Notes: a model not told the origin generated them from the sequence alone. A stretch of 64,000 bases of DNA from an uncultured Spirochaetota bacterium (GCA_963734545.1 CAVTHO010000008.1:512001-576000), one strand, 5' to 3'; numbered from the stretch's first letter, positions 21,038 through 32,322 are shown. Numbers and translations are program-made.

Positions 21038-22097
21038 CTAGTCCTCCTTGTGGATGAGCTCGGGGAAGAACTGATCGATCAGCACGGCGAATATCAGAAT
21101 GACGCCCACGGCAATGAACTTGTCAAATGTCGGCACGCCCATCATCTTCAAGCCCATTTCCAGAACGGAAAGGATGAGGACGCCCAGGATGGTCCGCCAC
21201 ACGCTGCCCAGGCCGCCGAACAGGCTCGCCCCGCCGATGACCACGGCCACCACCGCGTCCAGCGTGAAGGCGGCTCCCGCATCCGCCTTGCCGGTCACGT
21301 ACTCCAGCATGTAGATGATACCGGAGAGAGTGGCAAGGAATGACGAGATGATGTACACGACGACGAGGTGCCGCTTCACGTTGATCCCCGCGCGAAGGGC
21401 GGCGTCGATGTTGCCGCCGATGGCGTACGTGTGGCGGCCGAACCGGGTGCGCTTGAGCACGAATGCCGCCACTGCCACGACAAGGACGGTGACAACGACC
21501 ATTGTGGGGATGACTTCGAACACGACGGTGCCTCGCGGCACATCCGGCCGCGTAAAGAACGAGAGGCCTCCGCCCTTGACCCAGTACATGAAGTAGCCAT
21601 TGCCGATGACATTCGCGAGGTTGGGAACATTGATCGCCGCCGATCCCGAGGAGAGGAGCAGGGCGGTGCCGTACGTGATCCCCTGGACCGCGAACGTGGC
21701 AAGGAAGGGGGGAACCTTCAGCCGCGCAACGAGCAAGCCCGTTCACGAGCCCCGGCAGCAGCCCCAGGGCCAATGTGATCGATATGGCCAGGAGCAGGGA
21801 CAGCTCGGGGGCCAGGCCCATGCGGTCGAATCCCGCCGCGAGCTTGGCCGATACCACCGTGGCGAACCCCATGACAAAGCCGACGGAAAGGTCGATGCCC
21901 GGACCGCCGCTCACGATGACGAAGGTCTGCGCGGTGGCGAGGAGGGCCAGCGTGGTGCTGTAGAAAAGTATGATCTGGAGCCCGTTGAGGCTGAAGAAGC
22001 CGCCTCCCAGGAAGCTGAAGAGAACCAGCTCGAGCAGGAGGAATACTATCGCCCAGCGTTGTCCGAGGAATGATGCAAGTCCCATGCGCCTTGTCAT
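21038..22097 (-). CDS. RbsC-type ABC permease, frameshift near 21737
   Basis: GIDLSVG, KVPPFLAT, TRFGRHTYAIGGN, AVVIGGASLFGG. Confidence 0.9.
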
Positions 22098-22115
22098 CTG
22101 CCGCTCCTTGGACGA

Positions 22116-23201
22116 CTAGAATAGATCCGGGAAGAGCTGATCGATCACGATCGCCACGATGAGGATGAGCCCGACCGCGATATAGCGATAGAAAGGGTCC
22201 ACGCCGGAGAGGTTGAGGCCATTTTCCAGTACCTTGAGGATGACCACACCGACAGCCGAGGCCGCGATCCTCCCCTTACCGCCCGAAAGGCTCGCCCCGC
22301 CAATGATGACCGCGGCGATGGCGAAGAGCTCCAGTTGGGCACCGAAGGTAGTATAGTTTCCAGTCCCTGCCTGGAACAGGTCGATGATTCCCGCGAGTCC
22401 CGCAAGGCCCGCAGAGAGAACGTACACGAAAACGAGGTGCCGCCTGGTGTTGATCCCGGCGCGCACGGCCGCGTCCATGCTCCCCCCGATGGCGTAGGTG
22501 TGCTGGCCGAAACGCGTGTTCTTCAACAGGTGCCAGAGCACGGCCAGGGCGACGAGAATGAAGAAGAAGGAAAAGGGAATGACTCTTACCAGCTCCCTGA
22601 TCTGTGCGGAGGCAATGCCGTCAGGCCGAGCGAGGAAGTTCCACGCACCCGTGGGAGGATGAAGATAGAGCAGATAGCCGTTGCCGATCTCCGTGAGCCC
22701 GGGGGGAATGAACCCGACGGGAAAACCGCCGCAGATGTGGTAGGCAACACCGATCGCGATGCCCTGCGTGCCGAGTGTCGCGATGAACGGAGGAACCCTG
22801 AACCGGGCAACCAGCGTGCCCGCAGTCAGCCCGAGGGCGAGGCTTGCCGTCATGGCCACCGCGATGCCGAGAAGCACGCACGCGACGGGCGACCAGCCGG
22901 CGGCATAGAGGATCTGCATGGTGCTGGCGGAGGATACGGCAGACAGCCCGAGGATGAAGCCCACCGACATGTCGATTCCGCCCGAGATGATGACGAAGGT
23001 CTCCGCGCAGGCAAGGAGCAGGGACGTGGTGGCGAGGTGAACGATGCTCTGGAAATTGCTCAGGGCAAAGAAGTTTCTCCCCGTGAAGGAGAAAAAAACG
23101 AGCGTGAGCAGGAGGAAGAAAAACGACCAGTTGCGCGCCAACACGGCAAAGAAAGTTCCCGGAGTTTTTGCGCTGGCGATGACGGCAGATCTATCCCCCA
23201 T
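22116..23201 (-). CDS. RbsC-type ABC permease
   Basis: GGIDMSVG, VPPFIATLG, TRFGQHTYAIGG, AAVIIGGASLSGG. Confidence 0.92.
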   Translation of the reverse strand: MGDRSAVIASAKTPGTFFAVLARNWSFFFLLLTLVFFSFTGRNFFALSNFQSIVHLATTSLLLACAETFVIISGGIDMSVGFILGLSAVSSASTMQILYAAGWSPVACVLLGIAVAMTASLALGLTAGTLVARFRVPPFIATLGTQGIAIGVAYHICGGFPVGFIPPGLTEIGNGYLLYLHPPTGAWNFLARPDGIASAQIRELVRVIPFSFFFILVALAVLWHLLKNTRFGQHTYAIGGSMDAAVRAGINTRRHLVFVYVLSAGLAGLAGIIDLFQAGTGNYTTFGAQLELFAIAAVIIGGASLSGGKGRIAASAVGVVILKVLENGLNLSGVDPFYRYIAVGLILIVAIVIDQLFPDLF

Positions 23202-23269
23202 TGCAACCTCTTCCTTTTGTCGACTGTACATCAGAACGGGTATGCCCGCAATGTGAATATGGAAAGAAA

Positions 23270-23314
23270 GGGCCGGCCCCGGATGATCGCGTGCGCGATC
23301 GAGGAAGCCGGCCC
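23270..23314 (-). terminator. Intercistronic hairpin after the binding-protein gene
   Basis: GGGCCGGC...GATCGC-GT-GCGATC-like core...GCCGGCCC, followed by a T-rich tract on the minus strand. Confidence 0.5.
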
Positions 23315-23325
23315 AATAGCGGGAT

Positions 23326-24318
23326 CTATTTGTAGATGTACTGCTGCATGTCAGCGGCGTTCACGTTGTCCTTCGTGAAGAACTGGAACCCAGGGATGAT
23401 CTTCTTCTGCGGAGCGGTCTTCGAGGACAGGTACTTGAAGCCCGAGTCCACACCGAGAGAGCCTATCTCGCCCGGCAGCTGGGCCAGCACCATGTCGATG
23501 TCGCCGGCCTTGAGCGCCGCGATGAGCGTCGATGTCGCGTCCCAGGAGGCGATCTTTACGGCGCCGGCCAGGCCCGCGTTCTTGACCGCTTGGGCCGAGC
23601 CCTGGGCGCTGAACACGTTGACTCCGAAAATCGCGACGATGTCAGGGTCCTTCTGGAGGGCGGCCGTGGTCTGCTCCATGGCCTTCTGCTGGACGTCCAT
23701 GCACCAATCCATGCCAATCAGCTTCATGCCGGGGAACTCCGCGATCCCTTCCTTGAAGCCATTGCCGCGGTCGACGACGGAGGAAGTATCGGGATTGGTG
23801 TTGACCACGTAGACCTTGCCCTTCTCGCCGACAAGCTTTGCCAGGTGCTCGGCGATCTGCTTGCCGCCCAGCTTGTTGTCCGTTCCGATGTAGGCAAGCG
23901 GGAAGTTGTAGTCGCTGGCCTTGGAGTAGTCGCCGTCCCCGAGGTAGGTGTCCACCGTGATGACGGGGATTCCTTTGTCATAGATCTTCTTCAGGGGCGC
24001 AACCATGGCGGTAGAGGAAATCGGGGCAATGAGAAGCAGGTCGATTCCGCCCTTGGCCATCAGCGCGTCGAGGTTGGGGTTCTGATATTCGGGTCCCCAC
24101 TGCGTGGGATAGTCGCCCACGACCACGTTCACGCCGAGCTCCTTGGCCTTCGCCCTTACTCCCCGCTCCATCGTGGTGTAGAACGGATCCGCGATGCCGG
24201 GCATGAAGGCGATGGTGAATGTTTTCTTCGAAGTCTCACCGCCGCCGGAAGCGAAAATCGGCATCGCCATCAGCACGACGAGTGTCGCGGCAATGAACCA
24301 GATCAGAGATCTCTTCAT
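23326..24318 (-). CDS. RbsB-type sugar ABC substrate-binding protein
   Basis: Signal peptide, DPFYTTM, GIPVITVD, YIGTDNKLGG, R.NGF; GGAGG RBS. Confidence 0.92.
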   Translation of the reverse strand: MKRSLIWFIAATLVVLMAMPIFASGGGETSKKTFTIAFMPGIADPFYTTMERGVRAKAKELGVNVVVGDYPTQWGPEYQNPNLDALMAKGGIDLLLIAPISSTAMVAPLKKIYDKGIPVITVDTYLGDGDYSKASDYNFPLAYIGTDNKLGGKQIAEHLAKLVGEKGKVYVVNTNPDTSSVVDRGNGFKEGIAEFPGMKLIGMDWCMDVQQKAMEQTTAALQKDPDIVAIFGVNVFSAQGSAQAVKNAGLAGAVKIASWDATSTLIAALKAGDIDMVLAQLPGEIGSLGVDSGFKYLSSKTAPQKKIIPGFQFFTKDNVNAADMQQYIYK

Positions 24319-24370
24319 ACAAACCTCCTGTGACATTTAGAGAGAGTGGTTGACAACCGCCTTGTATAAA

Positions 24371-24387
24371 TGCAATCGACGTGCCAA
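24371..24387 (-). promoter_or_regulatory. Sigma-54 (-24/-12) promoter
   Basis: Minus strand TTGGCACGTCGATTGCA matches TGGCAC-N5-TTGCW about 53 bp before the ATG; an NtrC-type activator lies in the same operon. Confidence 0.88.
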
Positions 24388-24574
24388 AAAGGGACAGATC
24401 GGACGGATAGCTGTTATGTCCTTTCGCAGAAAGATATTATGTGTTCCGCACGGCTCGCAGCATTCCTGCCGCCCTGGCCCGCCTGGATACCCTGGCTATC
24501 CAGTTGATGGATACCCGGGGTACGCACCGGCGACCCCGCTCCCCATCGCCGCCACATTCTGTTAATGTGTCGCG

Positions 24575-25887
24575 GTGAGCCTTCTCCGAGCCATCCGGCG
24601 GGTTTCCAGGCGGCCGCTTTCATCGCACATCGAGCGCGCATGCGGGCCGTTGGGGCTGCGCCGTCTGGCGGGATTGAAATGGTTCTGGCTGGACGGCGTA
24701 TTCAGCCAGGCCCAGGAAAGCTTTTCCACTGACTACATCCCGCTGTTTGCCCTTGCCGCCGGGGCATCGCCGGGGAGCATAGGTCTCCTGGCTGCCGCGG
24801 CCAGCCTTCTGAGCATCGCCGGCTTCCTGCCCGGCGCCATCGTGGGGTCGCGGCTGCAGGGCGCGAAAGCCGTTTGTGCTTGTCAGCGGCGGCGCGGTGG
24901 GAAGGCTCTTTCTGCCGCTTCTCGCGCTTTCACCCTTGCTGGTGCCATCCGGCGCCTCGCTCGTCTTCCTCATCATCGCGCTGAATGCATTCCGGATCCT
25001 GGCGGGAAGCTTTGCCAATGCATCCTGGACCTCCCTCGTCGCCGACCTCGTGCCCAGCGCAAACCGGGGCAGGTACTTTGCCAGCCGCAACATGGCCATC
25101 GGCCTCGTGGCCCTCGTGGCTTCTCCGCTGGCGGGACAGATCATCGGAACGATCAATGGCCGGTTCGTGCACGCATTTCCCGGCTACCAGGTCTCCCTGC
25201 TCGCAGCCTTTGCGCTCGGCATGGTTTCCACCGTGTCGTTTTCCCGCATACCCGAGCCTCCCGCGCGAAAGCCCGCGCGGCTGCGCGAGAAGGCGCGCGG
25301 ATTCATCGAGCTCGTGCGGCGCAACCCGCCCTTCGCGTGGCTCGCGGCGAGCAGTCTCGTGTGGGGCGTATCGCTGACCATGGCCTCGCCGTTCTTCAAT
25401 GTGTATCTCGTCACGGCCCTGGGCGGAAACGCGGCGGCGGTCGGCACCGCGGCAGGCGTGTTCGCCCTGGCCGGCCTTTTCGGCCAGGCCGCGTTCGGCC
25501 GGCTCGACCGACCGCCGGGGAAGCCGCGCGATACTCGTTCTGACAGGCTTCCTCATCCCGATATTCCCCCTGCTCTGGGCGTTGGCCCGGGCGCCGCTGC
25601 ACGTGTACCTCATCAACGTGGGCTCGGGCTTCCTGTGGGCAGGATACAACCTGGCCGGCTTCAATATCCTGCTGGAGATGAGCCCCGCGGAAGACAGGGA
25701 ATCAGCGGTCGGCCTCTATCAGTCGGCCGTTGCGGCAAGCGCGGTTCTCGGCCCGCTGCTCGGCGGGTACCTCGCGGGCGCGGTCGGCTTCAAGGTGGTA
25801 TTCGTGCTGAGCGGCGTGGGCCGGCTGGCAGGTACGAGCCTCTTCCTGGCCATGGCGCGGCAGCGGAAAAGAGCTCCCGCGGCGTAA
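24575..25887 (+). CDS. MFS transporter; frameshifts near 24865 and 25510
   Basis: About 12 TM over three ORFs; WTSLVADLVP..RGRYF, PFFNVY, LGPLLGGYL. Confidence 0.82.
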
Positions 25888-25924
25888 ATATTCGCCGCAC
25901 GATCATAAATTTGTCCTCCGGGTA

Positions 25925-25954
25925 TTGCAAAAATATCCACGACTCGCATACACT
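25925..25954 (+). promoter_or_regulatory. Putative sigma-70 promoter of the pot operon
   Basis: TTGCAA-N18-TACACT in an AT-rich patch. Confidence 0.45.
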
Positions 25955-26041
25955 GCGCCTGCTGAGAGGCGGGATCGCAAGGTCGCGATCGAGCTGGTTC
26001 CAGCTTGCCGCGCGTCCGCGGCACAGGGAGGTCCTTCTGAG

Positions 26042-27213
26042 TTGGAAAGGCAATACAATCTGTCGGGGGTCGCCACCGCGGAGGTAACGCTCGTCGCCGG
26101 ACAGCGTTCGTCCGCCGGCGACGAGAGCGCGCAAGACCGCAGGGTCGCGGTCGCTGATCGCGGGCTCGCGATCGATGAGACCGCCGGGTGCGACCTGGCC
26201 GTCAATGGGGTGTGCAAGAGCTTCGGCCCTGTCACGGCTCTCGACGATGTATCGCTCAGCGTCGAAAGTGGAGAGTTCGTCACCATCCTGGGACCATCAG
26301 GATGCGGCAAGACCACCCTCCTCCGAATCGTTGCGGGGCTGGAGCTTGCCGACAGGGGCCGCGTGATCCTCGGCAGTGCGGACGTGACCAGGGTGCCTGC
26401 CAACCGCCGTCCGGTCAACACCGTCTTCCAGAACTACGCCCTTTTCCCTCACCTCAATGTTTTCGAGAATATCGCCTTCGGGCTGCGCGCCCGGCGGTTC
26501 CCGCCGACAGAGGTCGACAACCGCGTGCGCGCCGCGCTGGAGATGCTGCACCTGGAGGAGATGCCGCGCCGCCGCACTTCCCAGCTCTCCGGCGGGCAGA
26601 AGCAGCGCGTGGCGCTCGCCCGTGCGCTGGTCAACCAGCCCGACGTGCTCCTGCTGGACGAGCCCATGTCCGCCCTGGACGCCAAGCTGCGCGCCGAGGT
26701 CCAGCTCGAGCTGCGCAGGCTGCAGCGGCGCCTGGGCAAGACCTTCGTGCTCGTCACCCATGACCAGAACGAGGCAATGACGGTCAGTGACCGGATCTTC
26801 GTCATGCAGAACGCGCGCATCGTCCAGTCCGGTCCCCCGGCCGAGGTGTACGACAGGCCCGCAAACCGCTTCGTCGCGGAGTTCCTCGGCACGACAAACC
26901 TGATCCCCGCCTGGAGAAACAACGGCACCGTGCACACGGAGCTGGGGAACCTGTCCCCCCGCCTGCATCCCTCCTGGGAAAAGGGCTTTCTCTCCATTCG
27001 GCCCGAGCGGATCCAGCTCCGCGCCGCCCAGCCCTCCTCCAATGGCATCCGGGTCATCGTCTCCGAGGTCATCTACCGCGGCGGCCACCTCGACGTGTAC
27101 GTGCAGCCCGGGCAACCTTCACCTCCGGGGCACGCCCGGGCGCGACCCTCACCCCCGGCCAGCAGATCTGGCTGGAGCTGCCCTCCCGGCACCTGGAGGC
27201 GCTTGGTGAATAG
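26042..27213 (+). CDS. potA: Spermidine/putrescine ABC ATP-binding protein; indels near 27110-27130
   Basis: GPSGCGKTT, RPVNTVFQNYALFPHL, LSGGQKQR, LDEPMSALD, VTHDQNEA; TTG start after GGGAGG is inferred. Confidence 0.88.
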
Positions 27214-28114
27214 GCTCCTCGTCTGGTACGGGGAGCTTGCAACCACTCGAACGCTCACCGCCCGCGGCCTTGCTCTGCTTGCCATTCCCCTGGCGTGGAT
27301 CGTGGTCCTCCTGGTGGCCCCCCTTGGCGCGATGGTGGCGTGGTCGGCGGCTTCCCGCGTCGCCGACAGGCGACATCGAGTGGACATTCACGCTGGGCAA
27401 CTTCGCCCGGCTCGCCGGGTTCGACTCCTTCGGGTGGACCCGGGCGTACCTGTCCATCCTCGGCACCACGCTCGTCGTGTCCGCCGTGACGACGCTCATC
27501 ACGATCGCCCTCGCCTATCCGCTGGCATTCTTCATCGCCCGCAGGGCCCCTGCCCGGCGCTACCTCTGGCTGACCCTCATCATCATCCCCTTCTGCACGA
27601 ACCTCGTCATACGCACATACGCCTGGATGCTGCTCCTCGGCAACCAGATGGTGCCCGGCGCGACTCGCCCAGTGGCTGCACCTCATCGAGCCGTCGGCCG
27701 CCCTCTACCCTTCCACGATTCGCGGTGTTCATCGGCATGGTGTCCAACTCCCTGCCCTTCGCCGTGCTGCCCCTGTACACGAACGTGGAGAAGCTCGACT
27801 GGGCCATCGTGGAAGCCAGCCGGGACCTGTACGCCGATCCGACGCGGACCTTCCTGCACGGAATCCTCCCCCAGACCCTGCCCGGCCTGGTGACGGCCGT
27901 GATCCTCACGTTCATCCCCGCCATGGGCGCTTTCGTCATCCCCGACCTCCTGGGAGGCGGCAAGGCGTGGATGCTGGGCAACCTCATCCAGCACCAGTTC
28001 GGCGTCAGCCGCGACTTCCCCTTCGGCGCCGCGGTGAGCCTCGTGCTCACTTTCCTCACCATGGTCGGTCTTCTCGTGCTCCGCCGGTCGGGCGAAGAGG
28101 TGAGCATCCTGTGA
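27206..28114 (+). CDS. potB: Spermidine/putrescine ABC permease; frameshifts near 27365 and 27660-27720
   Basis: LAYPLAFFI, IPFCTNLVIRTYAW, LPFAVLPLY, EASRDL, FIPAMGAFVIPDLLGG. Confidence 0.85.
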   Translation: MNRLLVWYGELATTRTLTARGLALLAIPLAWIVVLLVAPLGAMVAWSAASRVADRRHRVDIHAGQLRPARRVRLLRVDPGVPVHPRHHARRVRRDDAHHDRPRLSAGILHRPQGPCPALPLADPHHHPLLHEPRHTHIRLDAAPRQPDGARRDSPSGCTSSSRRPPSTLPRFAVFIGMVSNSLPFAVLPLYTNVEKLDWAIVEASRDLYADPTRTFLHGILPQTLPGLVTAVILTFIPAMGAFVIPDLLGGGKAWMLGNLIQHQFGVSRDFPFGAAVSLVLTFLTMVGLLVLRRSGEEVSIL

Positions 28115-28934
28115 CGCGCGGGAAGGGCGCCCGGCGCGGGCACACCCGGCTGATCTCGGGGCATTGCCGTTGCCACGATCGTTTTCCTCTACCTGCCGCT
28201 CGCTCGCCGTGGCGGCCATGTCCGCTGAACGCGGCCCGGTTCGGCGTGGCGTGGAAGGGCTTCAGCTGCGGTGGTACGTGCAGCTCGCGCACAACCCGAT
28301 GGTGCTCCAGGCGGGCCTGAACACGCTGATCCTCGCCGCCGTCTCCACGACCGCGGCCACGATACTGGGCACGTTCCTCGCCATCGGTCTCGAGCGCTTC
28401 CCCTGGCCCCGCTGGGTGCGGCGGCTCGTGGACGGCGTGGTCTATGTGCCGGTCGTCACCCCGGACATCGTCTTTGCCGTGGGCATGCTCCTGGCCTTCG
28501 AGGCGGTGCGGGAGGCGCTCGGCGGCCTGCGCCTGGGCATGGCGACGATGATCGTGGCGCACGTGACATTCCAGGTGAGCTTCGTGGCGCTGGTGGTGGG
28601 AAGCCGCCTGGCCACCCTCGGCCGATCAGTGGAGGAAGCGGCGCGGGACCTGTACGCGGGCACCTGGCAGTCGCTGCGCAAAGTGACGCTCCCCCTGATT
28701 GCCCCGGGGATCGTCGCCGGCGCCATGCTCGCCTTCACCCTGTCTCTCGACGATTTCGTCATCAGCTTCTTCACCTCCGGACCCAGCTCGGTCACGCTGC
28801 CGCTGTACATCTACGGCTCGCTGCGCCGGGGGATCACGCCGGAGATCCACGCTCTTTCCACAATCGTCTTCCTGGTGACCGTGGCCCTCGTGCTCGGGCT
28901 TCAGGCGTTCACCAGGAGCCCCAGGGAGGACTGA
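28111..28934 (+). CDS. potC: Spermidine/putrescine ABC permease; indels near the 5' end
   Basis: FLYLPL, VTPDIV, AHVTF, EEAARDL, AFTLSLDDFVISFF, TLPLYIY. Confidence 0.85.
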
Positions 28935-28937
28935 CCA

Positions 28938-30012
28938 ATGCGAAAGCTGCTGCTGCTCGTGCTCGCCTGCGTGTCTCCTCGCGGCCTGCGGCGGAAGGCG
29001 ACCCCTGCCGGCACCGCGCCCGGCGCGTCAGCCGCCGCGCCGGCCACGCGTGACGGTCTTCATGTACTCCGAGTACATCGATCCCGAGCTGGTGGAGCGG
29101 TTCCAGAAGGAGACGCGGGCTGAAGGTGGTCCTCGACACCTATGAGAACACCGAGGAGATGATGAGCAAGGTGGCGAGCGCCGGAGACCAGTACGACGTC
29201 CTCGTGGTTTCCGACCACGCCATCCCCGTCATGGCGGCAAAGGGCGCGTTCCGCGCCGCTGGACAGGAGAAGGATCCCCAACGCGAAGAACGTCGACGCC
29301 CGATTCGTCGCGCCCGCCTACGATCCCGCAGGGCAAGTACAGCCTGCCCTACCAGTGGGGCACGATGGGCATCGTTTTCCGCAAGGACAAGCTGCCCGGC
29401 TTCACCCCCTCCTGGTCCGCGCTGCTCGATCCCGCGCGGCAGCCGGGCCCGGTCGTTCTCCTGGACTCCATGCGCGACCTGATGGCGGCGGCCCTGTTCT
29501 ACCGGGGATTCTCCCCGAACACCCGGAAAGCGGATGAGCTGAAGTCGGCCGGCGACCTTCTGCGCGCGGCGCGCACGAAGCGGATGGTGGGTTTCTATGG
29601 AAGCCCTGACAGCGTTGCCAAGGTGCTTGCCGGAGACGCCTGGGTCGGCATGGCCTACAACGGAGATGCGGTTGCCAAGCTCGACGCGAACACCGATTTC
29701 GCCGTGCCGAAGGAAGGCACGATCATCTGGGTGGATGCAATGACAATCCCCGCCCGGTCACCGAACCCCGACGGCGCCTACAAGTTCATGGATTTCATCC
29801 TGCGTCCGGACGTCGGAGCGCAGCTCTCCACCTATCTCGCGTACGCCACGCCCAATGCGGCGAGCCTGCCCCTGATCAAGGAGGAAGTGCGGACCGACCC
29901 GCGCGTCTATCCCACGGAGGCGCAGCTTGCCGGGATGGTGATGCTGGAGGACGTGAGCAGCGCCACGACCCTCTACGACCAGGTGTGGACCCGGGTGAAA
30001 GCAGGCGAGTAA
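28938..30012 (+). CDS. potD: Spermidine/putrescine ABC substrate-binding protein; several indels
   Basis: YSEYIDP, DTYENTEEM, YDVLVVS, PYQWGT, AYNGDA, PKEGTIIWVDAM. Confidence 0.85.
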
Positions 30013-30030
30013 GGGCCGGGAAACCGCGGG

Positions 30031-30100
30031 CTCGCGGCCGGACCGAATGCCGCAAACTCGCGGCCGGGCGAAATGCCGCAAGCTCGCGGCCGGACCGATC
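30031..30100. repeat. Family-B-related 26-bp tandem repeat (2.7 copies) between convergent genes
   Basis: CTCGCGGCCGGACCGAATGCCGCAAA / CTCGCGGCCGGGCGAAATGCCGCAAG / CTCGCGGCCGGACCGATC. Confidence 0.85.
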
Positions 30101-32161
30101 TCAGCTGGCCGCGTCCGCCGAACCAGGTTCGGGCAGCGCGGCCGGCAGCGGGCTGGCTGGAAGGGCAGCCGCCAGCTCGGCCGGACCATCTATCTCCTCC
30201 CCCAGCGTAAATCGCTCGACGAGATGCTCGAGCTTGGCCGCCATGGTGGAAAGCTCCATCGTCGCCGCCGACATCTCTTCCGCCGCGGCAGATGCCTGCT
30301 GGGTGAGCTCGTTCACGTTTTCTATGGCCTTCGAGACCTGCCGGGAATTCGAGGTCTGCTCCTCGGTGGCCGCGGAGATGCTTTCGCTCATTCCGCTGAT
30401 ATCGCCGATGGCCTTGCTCACCGCGCGTATTCCCTCCAGCCCCTGGCGAAGATCGCCCGACAGGGCCTCGACGAGCTGGCTGGTCTTCTTTGCGCCCGCG
30501 ATGATGGCGTCCATGGCCGACTGGGAGGCCTCCGCGATCTGCACTCCCATGCCCACCGTCTTTGCGCTCGTGCCGATCAGGACCTCTATCTCCTTTGTCG
30601 AGGACGCGCTGCGGTCCGCCAGCTTGCTCACCTCTTCCGCGACCACGGCAAAACCGCGGCCGTGCTCCCCGGCCCGGGCTGCCTCGATGGAGGCGTTCAA
30701 CGCCAGGAGATTGGTCTGGTCTGCGATATCGGAAATCACGCTGATGATGCCCGCGATCTTCTCGGAGCTTTCCGAGATGGACTTGATGGCCGCGACGACC
30801 GTCGTGACGGATTCGGTTCCCTGCCGCGCCTTCTCCATTGCCTCGCGCGCCGCTTCCGAGACGCTGGCAAGCGTTTTCGACATCTGTTCCACGGTGGCCG
30901 AAAGCTTCTTGATGTCGGTGGAAGAGTTCTCCACGAATGATGCCTGGGCCTGCGCGTTCTGCGAAACCTGCCCCACCGAAGCGGTGAGCTGCTCGACCGA
31001 TGCGCTCGTCTCTTCGAGGGTGGCTGCCTGTCCCTGCGCGCCCGAGGAAAGCTGGCGGGCGGAGGCGGAGATCTCCTCGCTGGATCCCGCAACCTGCGAC
31101 GCCGCCTCCCTTACCTGACGCATCATCGCGCTGACATGTGCGCTCATCGTGTTGAATGCGATGGAAAGGTCCCCGAACTCGTCCTTGTTTCTCACCTTGA
31201 TTTCCTGGCTCAGGTCGCCCCCCGCGATCCGCTGGGCCGCGCCCACCATGGCGGAAAGGGGCGAGGTAACCACCCGGGTGAGGAAAATGCCGCAGAGTAT
31301 CGCCCCCACAATGCCCACTGCCACGCCTGCCACCACGACGCCGAGTGTCATTGTCTTCATCGACGCAACGGCGGCGAGACGTGTCGCAGCCGAAGCCTCC
31401 GTTTCTTTCAAGAGCTTGTCGACCAGGGGGTCCATGGCATCGAAAATCTGACCGTATGCCTCGATGTCGGCCGCGATCTTCGCATCGAGCGTGACGAACT
31501 GGGCAAGGAGATCCGTGTACTCTTGTAGGAGCTTCGCGGCCTGCCCTCCGCGGGCTCCGGACCTGGCAAGGGATGCCGACACCGATGCGATCGAGTCTGC
31601 CAGCTTTTTCGCGGCTTCGTCCTTGCCTCCTTCGAGGATCACCTCTTTTTCGAGTCTTCGTACCTGGCCGAATGCCCGGATCAGGGCCGGTCCCCCGTTT
31701 GCCTGGATTTCGAGCTCCGCCTCGTCTCCCTTGGCAACGAACTGGCCTTCGATTCCGGAGTCGAGATTCCCCTTTGTGATGAGAATGTCGGCGACCTGGC
31801 GGAAAGCAAAGTCGTATCGACCCGCCAGAGAGACAATCTGCGCCGCGTCTCCACGAGCTTCCGGGTCGGCCGCGGACAATTCCATGATCGACCGGGCATA
31901 CTTCAAGAGCTCATCAATATTTGCCTTCACTTCATCCTTGAACTTAGGATCGCCCGAGAGGAGGAACTCCTTTTCAGCCGCCTGGGCCTCGAACTGCGCC
32001 GTGTCCACGAGTCTCGCGTAGTCTTTCTGAGTCAGGTTCCTGGTATACTGGCCGACGACAGAGTTGGTGAGCACGAGGCTGGCCATGCCGACGGCACCGA
32101 CAAGGGTCATGATGCCGGCCACAAGGAGGAAAGAAAGGCTGATCTTGGCCTTCATTTTCAT
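30101..32161 (-). CDS. Methyl-accepting chemotaxis protein
   Basis: TM-helical sensor-TM-HAMP; [33 protein letters not shown]; RBS before MKMKAK. Confidence 0.95.
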   Translation of the reverse strand: MKMKAKISLSFLLVAGIMTLVGAVGMASLVLTNSVVGQYTRNLTQKDYARLVDTAQFEAQAAEKEFLLSGDPKFKDEVKANIDELLKYARSIMELSAADPEARGDAAQIVSLAGRYDFAFRQVADILITKGNLDSGIEGQFVAKGDEAELEIQANGGPALIRAFGQVRRLEKEVILEGGKDEAAKKLADSIASVSASLARSGARGGQAAKLLQEYTDLLAQFVTLDAKIAADIEAYGQIFDAMDPLVDKLLKETEASAATRLAAVASMKTMTLGVVVAGVAVGIVGAILCGIFLTRVVTSPLSAMVGAAQRIAGGDLSQEIKVRNKDEFGDLSIAFNTMSAHVSAMMRQVREAASQVAGSSEEISASARQLSSGAQGQAATLEETSASVEQLTASVGQVSQNAQAQASFVENSSTDIKKLSATVEQMSKTLASVSEAAREAMEKARQGTESVTTVVAAIKSISESSEKIAGIISVISDIADQTNLLALNASIEAARAGEHGRGFAVVAEEVSKLADRSASSTKEIEVLIGTSAKTVGMGVQIAEASQSAMDAIIAGAKKTSQLVEALSGDLRQGLEGIRAVSKAIGDISGMSESISAATEEQTSNSRQVSKAIENVNELTQQASAAAEEMSAATMELSTMAAKLEHLVERFTLGEEIDGPAELAAALPASPLPAALPEPGSADAAS

Positions 32162-32197
32162 GCGTGCTATCCTTTCTCCATGTGATCGCGCATCTGA

Positions 32198-32222
32198 GCC
32201 GACGTAGCCGGCGGATTTTGCG
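32198..32222. repeat. Family-A repeat, single copy upstream of the MCP gene
   Basis: GCCGACGTAGCCGGCGGATTTTGCG. Confidence 0.75.
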
Positions 32223-32293
32223 TGATCGTGCATAGCCCCGCGGACACATGGGGCTGCGTAGAGGAATGGCCACTTGAAATGGAGATCGTAAAG

Positions 32294-32322
32294 AATATAG
32301 CATCAATGGAGGAATAAATCAA
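32294..32322 (-). promoter_or_regulatory. Putative sigma-70 promoter for the MCP gene
   Basis: Minus strand TTGATT-N17-TATATT. Confidence 0.4.

Noticed and set aside
24483-24530. Additional family-A repeat copies (GGATACCC...GGGTAC; also 1232-1278)
   Set aside because: Only the short GGGTAC core matches, too little to assign.
25925-28114. 729-aa PotA-PotB fusion
   Set aside because: Indels near 27110-27130 and within potB create the read-through. The restored frames give a potA stop at 27213 and a potB GTG at 27206.
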